Below are positions 49,080 through 59,599 of a DNA stretch of 64,000 nt, in pieces. The DNA comes from an archaeon (lineage in GTDB: Archaea; Asgardarchaeota; Thorarchaeia; Thorarchaeales; Thorarchaeaceae), in assembly GCA_024276825.1 (NCBI GenBank), contig JAJRWI010000033.1, forward strand, positions 32,001 through 96,000, given 5' to 3'. The notes beneath the pieces were generated by a model. The model saw only the letters and a list, made by a program, of their open reading frames with translations. It was not told the DNA's origin and made no database searches. Both the position numbers and the translations under genes were made by a program. Within the stretch, counting starts at the first letter, position 1. Each line of letters begins with the position of its first letter.

Positions 49080-51110
49080 TTAATTTCTCTTCTTCTCAAA
49101 GGCCTCCTCCACCAATGATTCCACAAGTCCGTCTTCTGGAATGAATGGTAGTGTAATGTGGCCCTTTCCATCCATGGCCTTGTTCCAGTCAATCACAGTC
49201 TCAATTGCATGTTCGTTTCTTGCCCATGCTCTTCTAGCGACGCCGCCCATAACATCCCAGTCAAGAGCCGACCTTATGATACGGTCAACTCGTTCGCTGC
49301 CATCAAGGACCAGTCCAAACCCCCCGTTGATTGCCTTACCTGTTCCCACACCTCCTCCATTGGAAAGGACTGCCATAGTCATTCCCCTAGCAATATTTCC
49401 TGCCCAACACTGGTGAGCCATGTCACTTGTTATATTACTCCCATCATAGATGTTGGAGGTCTCTCTGAATGGTGAATCAGTTCCTCCAGTATCATGGTGG
49501 TCTCTTCCAAGCATCACGGGTCCTATCTTGCCTTCTCGCACCAGCTTGTTGAATGCCAAGGCTATCTTCATACGACCCTGTGCATCAGCATACAGGATTC
49601 TTGCCTGTGACCCCACAACTAGGTTGTTCTTCTCCGCATCACGAATCCAGATGTAGTTGTCACGATCTTGTCCTCTCCTAGTGGGATCAATGCATTCCAT
49701 GGCTGCCTTGTCAGTCGTTATTAGGTCTTCGTGCTTTCCGCTGAGACACACCCATCTGAAGGGTCCATAGCCGTAGTCGAAACAGATTGGTCCCATTATA
49801 TCCTCCACATAGCTTGGGAAGATGAAACCATCCGATGTGTCCTTGCCATTCTTTGCTATCTCTCTCACACCGGCATCAAATACAGCCTTCATGAAGGAGT
49901 TTCCATAGTCCCAGAAGAATGTTCCACGCTCTGTCATTGCTCGTATCAGTTCGAACTGCTTACGTAACGACTTGTCAATGAGTTTCTTGAACTCTTCGTG
50001 GTCCCTCCTCAGGAGTTCTCTACCCTCTTCAAATGTGACTCCCTGTGGTGTGTATCCACCATCATAGACATCATGACAAGATGTCTGGTCCGATGCCAAC
50101 TCTATCTTGATGTCATTGTCATAGACATATTGCCATAGATCTACAATGTTTCCATAATAGCCAATGGACACAGGCTGCCCGTTCGTACGATACTCATCTA
50201 CCCACTCAAATATCTCATCAAGGTCGTCAGACCACTTGCTGAGCCAGCCCTGCTCAATCCTAGTGTCAATTCTGCTCTTGTCCACTTCAGCAATGACTCC
50301 GATTCCTCCCGCAATCTCAACTGCTTTGGCCTGTGCACCACTCATACCCCCAAGACCAGATGTCAGATAGACCTTTCCAGACAAATCCTTGTCCTCTGGT
50401 ATTCCCAAATAGAGTCTGCCTGCATTAAGGAGCGTTATATATGTTCCATGAACGATTCCCTGAGGCCCTATGTACATCCAACCTCCAGCTGTCATCTGGC
50501 CATAGTTGGCTACTCCCATTGCTGTGGCTCTGTGAAAGTCCTCTGGCGTATCAAACATTCCCACCATCAGACCGTTAGTTGAGATGACTCTTGGAGCATT
50601 CCTGTGCGATGGAAACAGTCCAACAGGATGACCAGAACTCACAACAAGTGTCTGCTCCTCATTCATAACCTCAAGATACATTTTTATCAAACGATATTCT
50701 AACCAATTGTTACAAACCTGGCCACTCTCGCCGTACGTCACGAGCTCATAAGGGTAGAGAGCAACATCAAAGTCCAGATTATTGTCGATCATGACCTGAA
50801 TGGCCCGCGCCTCAAGGATTCCTCTATACTCATCCACAGGCTTAGCTTTGATGGCCCCAGGAGGTCGATAGCGGTAGGCATAGATTCTGCCTCGAGTCAT
50901 TAACTCCTCAAGGAACTCAGGGGCTAGCTTCTCATGCAGCTCATTGGGGACATATCTGAGTGCATTCTTCAGTGCAGTCACTGTGTCATGATAATTCAGT
51001 GTGAATCCTCTGTTTGGGGCACGTCTGTACTTGGGATCAAATTCAGGATACGGAGGTAATTCTTTAGGGAGCTTGATAGTCATGGCTCTGGAAACATCTA
51101 GTTTCATCAT
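49080..51110 (-). CDS. hutU: Urocanate hydratase (long form)
   Basis: YGQMTAGGWMYIGPQGIVHGT, GLGGMSGAQ, SDQTSCH, GPFRW, GRDHHD. Confidence 0.96.
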   Translation of the reverse strand: MMKLDVSRAMTIKLPKELPPYPEFDPKYRRAPNRGFTLNYHDTVTALKNALRYVPNELHEKLAPEFLEELMTRGRIYAYRYRPPGAIKAKPVDEYRGILEARAIQVMIDNNLDFDVALYPYELVTYGESGQVCNNWLEYRLIKMYLEVMNEEQTLVVSSGHPVGLFPSHRNAPRVISTNGLMVGMFDTPEDFHRATAMGVANYGQMTAGGWMYIGPQGIVHGTYITLLNAGRLYLGIPEDKDLSGKVYLTSGLGGMSGAQAKAVEIAGGIGVIAEVDKSRIDTRIEQGWLSKWSDDLDEIFEWVDEYRTNGQPVSIGYYGNIVDLWQYVYDNDIKIELASDQTSCHDVYDGGYTPQGVTFEEGRELLRRDHEEFKKLIDKSLRKQFELIRAMTERGTFFWDYGNSFMKAVFDAGVREIAKNGKDTSDGFIFPSYVEDIMGPICFDYGYGPFRWVCLSGKHEDLITTDKAAMECIDPTRRGQDRDNYIWIRDAEKNNLVVGSQARILYADAQGRMKIALAFNKLVREGKIGPVMLGRDHHDTGGTDSPFRETSNIYDGSNITSDMAHQCWAGNIARGMTMAVLSNGGGVGTGKAINGGFGLVLDGSERVDRIIRSALDWDVMGGVARRAWARNEHAIETVIDWNKAMDGKGHITLPFIPEDGLVESLVEEAFEKKRN

Positions 51111-51168
51111 ACCACTTCCAATCACTTTTGACTCAGTAATTGGATTTATGCATTCCGAAATAATATGA

Positions 51169-51747
51169 CTAGATTGCCACAACTGGAGTACGTTCGGGCT
51201 TCCAACCCAGTCGTTTCGCCTTTTGAAAGGCCTCACTTGCCTCTTTGTACTTTCCAATGATCCACAGGACAAGTCGTAGCTTGTACCATGCATCTGGATC
51301 TTCGGGATTGGCCTTTACCTCTGCCTTCGCTGCCTTCTCATACTTCTTGTATTCCTTGATCTCTTTCTTACGCTCTTTCAATGTGGTCCGCAAGACACTA
51401 AATACATAATCTGGCTGACGATTGAAGACAAAATTCATGAACTCATTGGGTCTTCCCTTCGCAAACCGTGTGAATATTGTCCTTGGAGTGTCGGAAGTCT
51501 TGCTTATCTCCCCCTGCAAAAGTTGACGTTCATAATCATGCTGCAAGAAGTCCAAGAACTCCTTCATATGGAAAGTTATAGGATCATCCAGTCCACGTCC
51601 GCGCTCACAGCAGTTATACTCAAAGTAGACAAGGTTCGTTCCAACATCATAAGTGACACTTGGGGTCGCACCAATTTTTTTCAGATCCTCAATTACATCC
51701 CGCACCCTGTAACTTTTTCTCTGTTTCAGCCTGACCTCCATATCCAA
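51169..51747 (-). CDS. Hypothetical protein with a C-terminal TPR-like repeat
   Basis: NPEDPDAWYKL..VL...GKYKEASEAFQKA. Confidence 0.7.
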   Translation of the reverse strand: MDMEVRLKQRKSYRVRDVIEDLKKIGATPSVTYDVGTNLVYFEYNCCERGRGLDDPITFHMKEFLDFLQHDYERQLLQGEISKTSDTPRTIFTRFAKGRPNEFMNFVFNRQPDYVFSVLRTTLKERKKEIKEYKKYEKAAKAEVKANPEDPDAWYKLRLVLWIIGKYKEASEAFQKAKRLGWKPERTPVVAI

Positions 51748-51812
51748 ACAACTCTCCTCATTTTGACGAGACCTCTATTAATAATATAACAACTTGCTGA
51801 TAAATGAATTTG

Positions 51813-52583
51813 CTAGAAGGGAAGATCCCATAGCATCCATTGGGGCATTGCCAAAAACAAGTGCGCATATATCATAATCAGAAGAATGCCTATTGATAGA
51901 ATGGTCAGTGCCCAGTCTTGCTTTCTAAATACAAGTTCTTCCAAGTATGTACGGTCATCAGTGGCACCGAACCCTCTCGACTCCATACTCTCAGCAATGG
52001 ACAGAGCCCTTCTGATTGATACTATGATCAATGGAACGATTATCGGGACTATATTCCTAATCCTCTTTAACAGATTGCCCTTGTCAAGTTCAACGCCCCG
52101 TGCTCTCTGGGCATCCATAATGGCATACGCCTCATATCCTAATGTTGGAACATATCGCATGGCCATGCTCATTGCGAATGCGAACTCAAACCTGATGCCC
52201 ATCTGAATCATTGCCTGTGAGAGCTCATCTGGGTGCACGGTGAGGAAGAACACAGAGAACGAGGTCATTATGCAGATCAGTCTGAGAGCGAGAGCAAGAG
52301 AGTGTGAGAACGGGTTCTCTGTGGTGGAGATCAGTGTGTTTATGATGAGAATAAAAACGATGAGGACCGAGAGGCCTCTCATTGACCTTAGCCATCTTCT
52401 GAACGATTTGGCTGCAATGATAATGGGTATTAATGATGCCAAGATGATCAGGAGGGGGATTATGCTTAGAAACATTATTGATACGGTGGCAAACATGATG
52501 GACATGACAAGCTTTGACCTAGGGTCCAATCGATGAATCATAGAATCCTGCTTGATGTATTGAAATATCTCAAGAAACGAAAT
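51813..52583 (-). CDS. ecfT: ECF transporter T component
   Basis: HRLDPRSK, AQRARG, MESRGF; frame extends to ATT 52583. Confidence 0.93.
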   Translation of the reverse strand: MSFLEIFQYIKQDSMIHRLDPRSKLVMSIMFATVSIMFLSIIPLLIILASLIPIIIAAKSFRRWLRSMRGLSVLIVFILIINTLISTTENPFSHSLALALRLICIMTSFSVFFLTVHPDELSQAMIQMGIRFEFAFAMSMAMRYVPTLGYEAYAIMDAQRARGVELDKGNLLKRIRNIVPIIVPLIIVSIRRALSIAESMESRGFGATDDRTYLEELVFRKQDWALTILSIGILLIMIYAHLFLAMPQWMLWDLPF

Positions 52584-52585
52584 CT

Positions 52586-53410
52586 CTATCGCCCCCCTAC
52601 TATCTTGATTATGGTTTCGACAATATCGTTGACCGATGTCTGCCTTACGGAAACTCCATCAAACATCTCCGATAACGCTCTTACTGCTTGAGTCATCTGC
52701 GGGTATGTCAGCGAGCACTTCTGTATCACATCATCATTGCTGAGGACTGATGTTGTTGGACCGTCTGCAATTATCCTCCCGTCCGACATTGCAATAGTCC
52801 TTGGGAAATAATTGATTACAAACTCGATGTCATGGGTGACAACAATTACCGTTCTACCCTCTCGGTTCATCTCAAATAACATCTCAGCAAGACGTTCCTT
52901 TTGTCTTGCATCCTGCCCAATCGTAGGCTCGTCCAAGGCCAGTACTTGAGGTCCAGTTGCAAGAACAGAAGCGAGAGCGACACGCTTCCTCTCTCCTCCT
53001 GACAATGTGAATGGAGACCTCTCTGCCAAGTCTGCCAGCCCCAATCTCTCAAGGGTGGTATTACATCTCTCAGTGATCTCATTGGAAGGATACCCAAGAC
53101 TCTTCAGGCTGAACTCTACCTCTTTTCTACAACTCTCTAGAAAGAGCTGATGGTCGGGGTTCTGGAAGACAAGACCTACTATTCGTGATATCTCTGCTAC
53201 CGACATTTTCGCTGTATCTTGCCCTTTGATAAACACATGCCCCTTTTGAGGACGTAGCAGACCGTTGAAGTGCTTGATCAATGTAGTCTTTCCAGCACCA
53301 TTATTTCCCATTATTGCTACTAACTCCCCTGCATCAATCTGTAATGAAACCCCCCTCAATGCAGTATATATTCCATCATATGAATAATGGACATTGTCAA
53401 GAATTATCAT
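52586..53410 (-). CDS. ecfA2: ECF transporter ATPase
   Basis: GNNGAGKT, FQNPDHQ, LSGGE, LDEPT. Confidence 0.92.
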   Translation of the reverse strand: MIILDNVHYSYDGIYTALRGVSLQIDAGELVAIMGNNGAGKTTLIKHFNGLLRPQKGHVFIKGQDTAKMSVAEISRIVGLVFQNPDHQLFLESCRKEVEFSLKSLGYPSNEITERCNTTLERLGLADLAERSPFTLSGGERKRVALASVLATGPQVLALDEPTIGQDARQKERLAEMLFEMNREGRTVIVVTHDIEFVINYFPRTIAMSDGRIIADGPTTSVLSNDDVIQKCSLTYPQMTQAVRALSEMFDGVSVRQTSVNDIVETIIKIVGGR

Positions 53411-54255
53411 TCTGCCACCTCCTGCACCAACGTGGCAAGCTCTTGACCAGTAAGTGGTACACCGGGAAGTCTGATCCCTCTCTCTATGAGTTCCCTGTAG
53501 ACTTCAACCGCCTTGGGTACTCCCACTCCTATCTCATGACAGATGTCTTTAACAAGCACCTCCCGCGGTGGACCATCCACTACAATTTGTCCTTTGTCCA
53601 TCAGAATGACTCGTGTTGCGTCCTTTGCAACGAGATCCAAGCGATGTTCAACAAGGACGACCGTCATCCCCTTCTCCTTATTCAAATATGCGATTATTTC
53701 AAGTATTTTCTCGGCACTCTGTGGGTCAAGGTTTGAAGTAGGTTCATCAGCCACAAGTATCTCGGGCTTCAAGGACAATGCTGCAGCCATTGCCACACGC
53801 TGTTGTTCCCCGCCACTCATCTCATGTGGGTGTTTCTCTCTCAGGCTCTTGAGGTCAAGAAGGTCAATTATCTCCTCTATTCTTCTTCGTATTTCAACGG
53901 GTTCAACACCCAAATTCTCAGGGCCAAATGCTAGTTCCTTCTCCACATTGAGTGTGACAAGCTGATTCTCAGGATTCTGGAACACCATTCCCACAAGAGA
54001 TGCAAAGTCCGAAACCCCATGTTCCCTTGTGTCCATCCCATTGACATACACATGCCCACCGATATACCCTCTATGAAACTGCGGTATCAATGCATTGATT
54101 GCCCTACACAATGTTGTCTTTCCACATCCAGATGGGCCTGTGATCACTACATACTCCCCTCGGTCAATAGTGAGTGAGACCTTGTTCAATGCTAGTTTTT
54201 CAGTCCCATAATATTTGAAACTGAAATTGTCGAATCTTATGAGTCCCATAATCAA
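53407..54255 (-). CDS. ecfA1: ECF transporter ATPase
   Basis: GPSGCGKT, FQNPENQ, MSGGE, DEPTSNLD. Confidence 0.92.
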   Translation of the reverse strand: MIMGLIRFDNFSFKYYGTEKLALNKVSLTIDRGEYVVITGPSGCGKTTLCRAINALIPQFHRGYIGGHVYVNGMDTREHGVSDFASLVGMVFQNPENQLVTLNVEKELAFGPENLGVEPVEIRRRIEEIIDLLDLKSLREKHPHEMSGGEQQRVAMAAALSLKPEILVADEPTSNLDPQSAEKILEIIAYLNKEKGMTVVLVEHRLDLVAKDATRVILMDKGQIVVDGPPREVLVKDICHEIGVGVPKAVEVYRELIERGIRLPGVPLTGQELATLVQEVAE

Positions 54256-55248
54256 TCACTCACTAGATGTCTTTCTAGCCAATGCCTTTCTTATCAGGTC
54301 TACTGCTTTTTCCAATGCCTTATCCCGGTTTTTCTTACCATTGGCTCCTGCTGCGTTTGAGTGCCCCCCACCAACACCCCCAATGAAGTTTCCTATGGGC
54401 TCCATGATATCTCTGCCCAGATTGATACCCGTTTCATTCGAGAACTGCATAGTGCTTCTTGCACTCAATCTGACTACACCTTTTGACGGCCTTCCACCGA
54501 CAATAGCAACATCTGCTCCAAGGTCTATAAATGCACGACATGCACTGGCTTCGAAAGCATTGATTTTTGAGGTGACTATTATCCAGTCATCTATGAGGTG
54601 TAGTTCAAGACGCGATGCGGCCTTGAGTCGGGCTATTTTCTCTGACCTGTCTGGTTTTATCATTAGTGCTTCGATGCATCGCGAATAGTCTGCACCTGCC
54701 TTCATGAGGTTCAATACTGTTTTGACAGTATTCATGGTACAATAGATGAATCTGCGTGTGTCAAACAGCATTCCCACGAGAAGTAGGTTTGCAATCTGTT
54801 CGGTCATGGGGATGTTATACTTGTCAAAGAGCTCGACCATGATCTCACAAGTTGATGACTTACTCGAGTCGGTGACTCCATACTTTGCCAGTGAAGAGAG
54901 CTCCGTGTTGTCCTCATGGTGGTCAATCACTAGAGTCTGTTCTGGGTCTATAGCAACCTCCATGAAATTCAACCCTAGTTGCGACTTGCTGTTCGTGTCT
55001 ACTATCACAAGGAATGTGTAATCACTAACTATCTCCGATGCAATCTCCACTTCAGGTGCAAGATCATTCATTACCTTATTTGACAATCTACTAACATCAT
55101 CACAGACTAGGAGGACCTCACCATTTGGATTGAATCCTTTATACATGGCCCTGAATGCTAACATGGCACAGACTGCATCGGGGTCCGCATTGTGGTGACC
55201 CATGATGAGTATTTTGTCATGTTTCGAAAGCAGGGCACGCAAGTTCAA
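54256..55248 (-). CDS. DHH-family phosphoesterase
   Basis: HHNADPDA, VDT, IDHH, GGGHSNAAG. Confidence 0.93.
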   Translation of the reverse strand: MNLRALLSKHDKILIMGHHNADPDAVCAMLAFRAMYKGFNPNGEVLLVCDDVSRLSNKVMNDLAPEVEIASEIVSDYTFLVIVDTNSKSQLGLNFMEVAIDPEQTLVIDHHEDNTELSSLAKYGVTDSSKSSTCEIMVELFDKYNIPMTEQIANLLLVGMLFDTRRFIYCTMNTVKTVLNLMKAGADYSRCIEALMIKPDRSEKIARLKAASRLELHLIDDWIIVTSKINAFEASACRAFIDLGADVAIVGGRPSKGVVRLSARSTMQFSNETGINLGRDIMEPIGNFIGGVGGGHSNAAGANGKKNRDKALEKAVDLIRKALARKTSSE

Positions 55249-55553
55249 CTATTCTTCATCTCCAAAAGTCGCATCTCAAGCCAGTTAACACCATGAGCAA
55301 TGGCATCTTCTATCAGTTGATTAAGATCATCAATAGTGGCATACTTTTGAGAAACCATGACATCCAGCTCAACATCGAGCTGTTCTGACAATTGCAATGT
55401 GCAAATCACACTCAAGTCCTCTATACTCTTTTCTGTCAGCCTTTCAAGAAGGTATTCAGTAACCTCCCGCTCACAGGCCTCGGTGAGTTCTTCAATACGG
55501 TCCTCCGATATCTCAGGAAGACCAATCTCAAGAACAGGTGTCATTATGCTCAC
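55245..55553 (-). CDS. DUF3194-like small protein
   Basis: IGLPE motif; position after prefoldin beta. Confidence 0.65.
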   Translation of the reverse strand: MSIMTPVLEIGLPEISEDRIEELTEACEREVTEYLLERLTEKSIEDLSVICTLQLSEQLDVELDVMVSQKYATIDDLNQLIEDAIAHGVNWLEMRLLEMKNS

Positions 55554-55912
55554 TGAACCCTTAGGTTATGCTTGCTCAACTCAACCTGTATCTTGGTCTG
55601 TTGCTCCTTCAACTTCTCTGTCAAGGACTCCAACTGCTTCTTTTTTGAGGCAAGAGCAATCTCAAGAGTCTTCTCGCGATCAGTGAGTTCTTCTACAATC
55701 GTTCCTTTCTCAATCTTGAACATCACTTGTCCAACGGACTTGTAGGTCACAACATCATCGGGTTGCTTTCCAAGCTCCTCAAGCGTTGCTTTTACCTCAT
55801 TCAGCTCCTGTTGCATAGTCTGAATCATCATCTGTAAGGTCTCATGATTGCGACGTAGGTTCTCAAACTTCTGGAGTTCTTGCTCTAAACTGGGTGGTAT
55901 TGTCTGGGCCAT
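55550..55912 (-). CDS. pfdB: Prefoldin beta subunit
   Basis: Coiled coils flanking YKSVGQVM. Confidence 0.93.
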   Translation of the reverse strand: MAQTIPPSLEQELQKFENLRRNHETLQMMIQTMQQELNEVKATLEELGKQPDDVVTYKSVGQVMFKIEKGTIVEELTDREKTLEIALASKKKQLESLTEKLKEQQTKIQVELSKHNLRVQ

Positions 55913-55969
55913 TTAACAAACCTCCAAAGATATGGAATGTCGGTCTGCTGTTGCCTTTTTAGTCTTGGC

Positions 55970-56239
55970 TTAAGGATTTTGGCCTGTGACAAAGTCTGTT
56001 GTCTGCTTGCAACTCCATGCCCATGAGAGATACGAGTTCATTGCCGCCCTGAGCGCTGTCAGATCTCCTGCATGTATCGTGATAAATAATGTGGCCCCCT
56101 CCACCCGTATCTCCACTCTCGCCCTGTCTGTGGGGGAGGAAGTGGTTTCAGGTATGAGAGCATTTTTAATTATCTCTGCGGTTTCTTTAGTGTCAACACA
56201 AATTGTGATGGTTGCACTAATTTCAATAATCTTGTTCAC
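55970..56239 (-). CDS. pcc1: KEOPS subunit Pcc1
   Basis: ALIPE, DLTALRAAMNSYLSW. Confidence 0.9.
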   Translation of the reverse strand: MNKIIEISATITICVDTKETAEIIKNALIPETTSSPTDRARVEIRVEGATLFITIHAGDLTALRAAMNSYLSWAWSCKQTTDFVTGQNP

Positions 56240-56249
56240 AACAATACCT

Positions 56250-56705
56250 CTAAATCTCTCTTCTTGTTGCGCGATGGACCGACCCACAATTAGGACACTT
56301 GAATTGCATTGGCCCGACCCACTCCACGTCTTCCATAGCTAGAGGTGCACCGCAAGTACTGCACTCTGTGGAAATATCAATCACAGATGTCGAATCTCCT
56401 GCTTCATGTATGACCTCTGAATACTCTATTCTTGAAGGAGGTACTGACAATTGACCGAGTTTTCCAGTTGCTAATCCTATGAACAGAAGCGCGACAAACC
56501 CCGCGAATGCAAATGGGGCTATGATGCTAAGATATTCAGATGGTTCAGCTGGAAATGGTGAGTTGATGATGTATTGTATGCTAATTATTCCCACAATAAC
56601 AGGAAATCCAACAAATATCAATGTCAGACAACAACATATTAGATATTCAAAAGTAGTCTTTGGTCTATTGTTTCTCTGCAAGACTCTTTTCACACTCCTT
56701 CTCAC
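56250..56705 (-). CDS. Two-TM membrane protein with C-terminal zinc ribbon
   Basis: Two hydrophobic helices; CSTCG...CPNCG. Confidence 0.75.
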   Translation of the reverse strand: MRRSVKRVLQRNNRPKTTFEYLICCCLTLIFVGFPVIVGIISIQYIINSPFPAEPSEYLSIIAPFAFAGFVALLFIGLATGKLGQLSVPPSRIEYSEVIHEAGDSTSVIDISTECSTCGAPLAMEDVEWVGPMQFKCPNCGSVHRATRREI

Positions 56706-56856
56706 ATGGCCTGCGTGAGAAATGATTATTTAAAACCTTCCTTGAAATTAATGATGGATTTAATAAAATTCTGTCAGTAGATATTAGCGGCTTCTATTTC
56801 TTTTTACGAACTGAGCGTCTGAAACATCATATTTCCCTTCCTGTTATGCGATTGTG

Positions 56857-57423
56857 CTATTCCATTATGATTGATCTAATTCGTACTCTTGGCCCTATTT
56901 CCGCCCCATCTTTTGTCTGATAGCATGTCCACAATGTCTTGTTTTTTTCTGTGTCTCGAAACCAGAATATTACCTTGTTTTGTTCCAACTCAAGTTGTGG
57001 AATTTTTTCAACTTCTTTCAACCTCATATCGACCAGTGCTGCAATGAAACCTGCCACAAGTCTGGTATTATTTGAAACACTTGATTGAAGATACACTCCC
57101 TCTAGACCATGAACCCTTGTTTTTGGTCCACGATATATCTCCCGTTTCAGTGCGGCACTCTCAATAAACAGGACCATCTGCTCTTTTCCATCTGGAGTAA
57201 CAAAACGAATGCGACCAGGATTTCCCTTATGAATGGTTACAACAAGTACTGCTTTGGCATTGACACTTCGAGCTCTGGCAAGCACCTCATCAAGGCTAAG
57301 ACCTCCCCTAGTCAGTCTGATTACATTTGGAAAAACAATGCAGAGCTCGCGAACAAATGATCTTACCCTGTTTGATGTCCTGCGTGATGTTGTTATCACC
57401 AGCCGTGGGATTGAGCTGTTCAA
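56857..57423 (-). CDS. Brix/Imp4-domain ribosome biogenesis protein
   Basis: ITTSRRTSNRVRSF, RGGLSL, GNPG, EIGPR. Confidence 0.9.
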   Translation of the reverse strand: MNSSIPRLVITTSRRTSNRVRSFVRELCIVFPNVIRLTRGGLSLDEVLARARSVNAKAVLVVTIHKGNPGRIRFVTPDGKEQMVLFIESAALKREIYRGPKTRVHGLEGVYLQSSVSNNTRLVAGFIAALVDMRLKEVEKIPQLELEQNKVIFWFRDTEKNKTLWTCYQTKDGAEIGPRVRIRSIIME

Positions 57424-57442
57424 CAGAGCTCCACTCTATTGA

Positions 57443-57826
57443 TTATTCCTCACCATCTGACTCATCACTGTCGACTGCAATAATGACTGGTTCTTCAGAG
57501 CCAGATGACTCAGGGGTGGTTTCCTCGATCTCTTCCTCTTCATCACGAAGTGCCAAAAAGTCACCCGCGATGCGTTGTGCAATAGTTCTTCTTGCAGCTC
57601 TTCCAGCATCAGTATATGGGACATATGCCCCTCCAGCAAACAGGAGACCACACTTTCGACATCTCCAGAGTCCAGCAGCCTCTCTCTGAAGTGCACGAGT
57701 AGCACAAGATGGACATCTATGTTTCTCATGACGCCGCCTTTCGATATCAAGGACTCTGCGTCTTAATTTGGCACCATATCTTGCGCCAAAGCGTCCAGTG
57801 CTTCCAACTTTTTTGGTTCTTGCCAT
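57443..57826 (-). CDS. rpl37ae: 50S ribosomal protein L37ae (eL43) with acidic tail
   Basis: GRFGARYG, CPSC, GLWRCRKC, FAGGAY. Confidence 0.96.
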   Translation of the reverse strand: MARTKKVGSTGRFGARYGAKLRRRVLDIERRRHEKHRCPSCATRALQREAAGLWRCRKCGLLFAGGAYVPYTDAGRAARRTIAQRIAGDFLALRDEEEEIEETTPESSGSEEPVIIAVDSDESDGEE

Positions 57827-57958
57827 CTCAATGGTCTCCTTATATGAATACGACTTCACCTGTTGAGAATAGTCTTCTAGTGAACTCTTAGTGTCGCCTG
57901 ATTATTTCACTTATTAGCCTATCTGTCTGGAAAAAAAATGATGATGAGAGATAGATGC

Positions 57959-58792
57959 TTACGCATTCTCTCTCTCTTTGGCGGTGCTTCTGATGAGTTC
58001 GCGAATGTCCTTTGCACTTGCAATAGCCATATCCATTGATCGCTCGATTTGCTCAAGGGTCATTGGTCCTGAACCGCCTCCCTTTTGCATAGCAGTCAAG
58101 TTGTCATTCTCATCAATAGCTATTGTCAGACGGCAGTCTTGAACGAACTCTTCCTTTAGTAATGGGTCCACAATAAGATAGTCGTCAATCTTTGCTATGG
58201 TACACTCAATTGACAGGTTCTTCAATGGCACTGGTATCCTATTTCCTGTTGGGACTGCTTCATCATTCTCCCATTTATACTCATCGAACTTTGCTGTTAT
58301 CAGTGCCGCATTAGCGGCAATTGATGCTGCATCAATGAGGTTTCCATCAAACTCCAATGCATAGATGTCTACAAACACCATGTAGACCATCTTGCCTGGT
58401 TCAACCACAAGCTGTTTCACATCAACTGTTTCTGACTCTCGAACACCACGGTCAACAACACGAGCAAGCTCGATTGCGTCCTCCTTGGGGGGCCCCAATT
58501 CAAATAGGGGTGATGCGATTGGTGGCATCTCAGCAGTGATCATGGTGACGCCTTCATCAGGTGTGTCAGGATATGGCTCTCCCAAGACGACCTTCACTCC
58601 GGCAATGACACTGGTGGCTCCCATTCGAACAAGGGCAGAGCCCTCAGCCTTTGCAGCCACAATGTCATATTCTATCTCAATCGGTCTGTACTCATCAAAC
58701 CTGCGGCCATCGATTCGTTCACCGCGAGAGAGCAACTCCTTGATATGATTCCTATCAATATGACTGATAATTTCAGCACTATAGTCACCCAT
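57959..58792 (-). CDS. rrp42: Exosome subunit Rrp42
   Basis: RIDGR, AEGSALV, ELARVVDRGVRES, DGNLIDA. Confidence 0.96.
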   Translation of the reverse strand: MGDYSAEIISHIDRNHIKELLSRGERIDGRRFDEYRPIEIEYDIVAAKAEGSALVRMGATSVIAGVKVVLGEPYPDTPDEGVTMITAEMPPIASPLFELGPPKEDAIELARVVDRGVRESETVDVKQLVVEPGKMVYMVFVDIYALEFDGNLIDAASIAANAALITAKFDEYKWENDEAVPTGNRIPVPLKNLSIECTIAKIDDYLIVDPLLKEEFVQDCRLTIAIDENDNLTAMQKGGGSGPMTLEQIERSMDMAIASAKDIRELIRSTAKERENA

Positions 58793-58795
58793 AGT

Positions 58796-59599
58796 TCAAT
58801 CCTCCTCTCCTATGATTTCAGCCTCGCCGAGGTCTGTTTCCATATCGTCGTCAAAGTCATCATCTTCAGATGGTGCCTTGGTTGCATATGCTTTCATGAG
58901 TGCATCTTTCTGAAGCTCATGAATGTACTTGCATGCTTGGATTCCCATTTGCATTGCCTCAAGAAGTTCCTCACGTGTGAATGAACCGTCTTGTTGCAAC
59001 AGAGTTATTTCATCAGTGAGAGGCATGATTGCCATGGGCACATCTCCCTCACCATACTTGTCTTCCTGATCACCCAAGTCGACAATCAATGTACCATCTG
59101 CCTTTCCTACTGCCACAGCTGGCACTAGACATTTCATGGGCACCCCTGCATCAGCAAGGGCAAGTGATGCCGCATTTATTGCTGCACAACGAGTGCCGCC
59201 ATCTGCCTGTATCACCTGAATGAATATGTCAACTACTGCTTTTGGAAAGTCCTCAAGGAACAATGCAGGTTTCAGTGCATTGGCTATCACCATTGATATC
59301 TCCCTCTCTCTACGGGAGGGTGCTGGTTTCTTTCTGTCAGGCACTGAAAAGGTTGCCATTCTATAAACAACACGTAGATATGCCCTATCACTCAAAGTCA
59401 GATGTCTTGGGTGAAGCTCACGTGGTCCATAGACCGCTGCTATAATGAAGGTCTTTCCCTGTTTAATATATGCTGACCCATCTGCTTGTTTCAATACTCC
59501 AACTTTGAACTCTATTGGCCGTAACTCATCTGGTCTACGACCATCAATTCTAAGTCCTTCCGCATTAATTAGGAAGTCTGGTTTGACTTCTGGACTCAT
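58796..59599 (-). CDS. rrp41: Exosome subunit Rrp41
   Basis: DGRRPDELRP, ADGSA, GPRE, SRRERE, ADGGTR. Confidence 0.96.
   Translation of the reverse strand: MSPEVKPDFLINAEGLRIDGRRPDELRPIEFKVGVLKQADGSAYIKQGKTFIIAAVYGPRELHPRHLTLSDRAYLRVVYRMATFSVPDRKKPAPSRREREISMVIANALKPALFLEDFPKAVVDIFIQVIQADGGTRCAAINAASLALADAGVPMKCLVPAVAVGKADGTLIVDLGDQEDKYGEGDVPMAIMPLTDEITLLQQDGSFTREELLEAMQMGIQACKYIHELQKDALMKAYATKAPSEDDDFDDDMETDLGEAEIIGEED

Noticed and set aside
51110-51293. 61-aa N-terminal extension of HutU in the ORF track
   Set aside because: It overlaps the upstream TPR-like gene; the real start is more plausibly ATG 51110.
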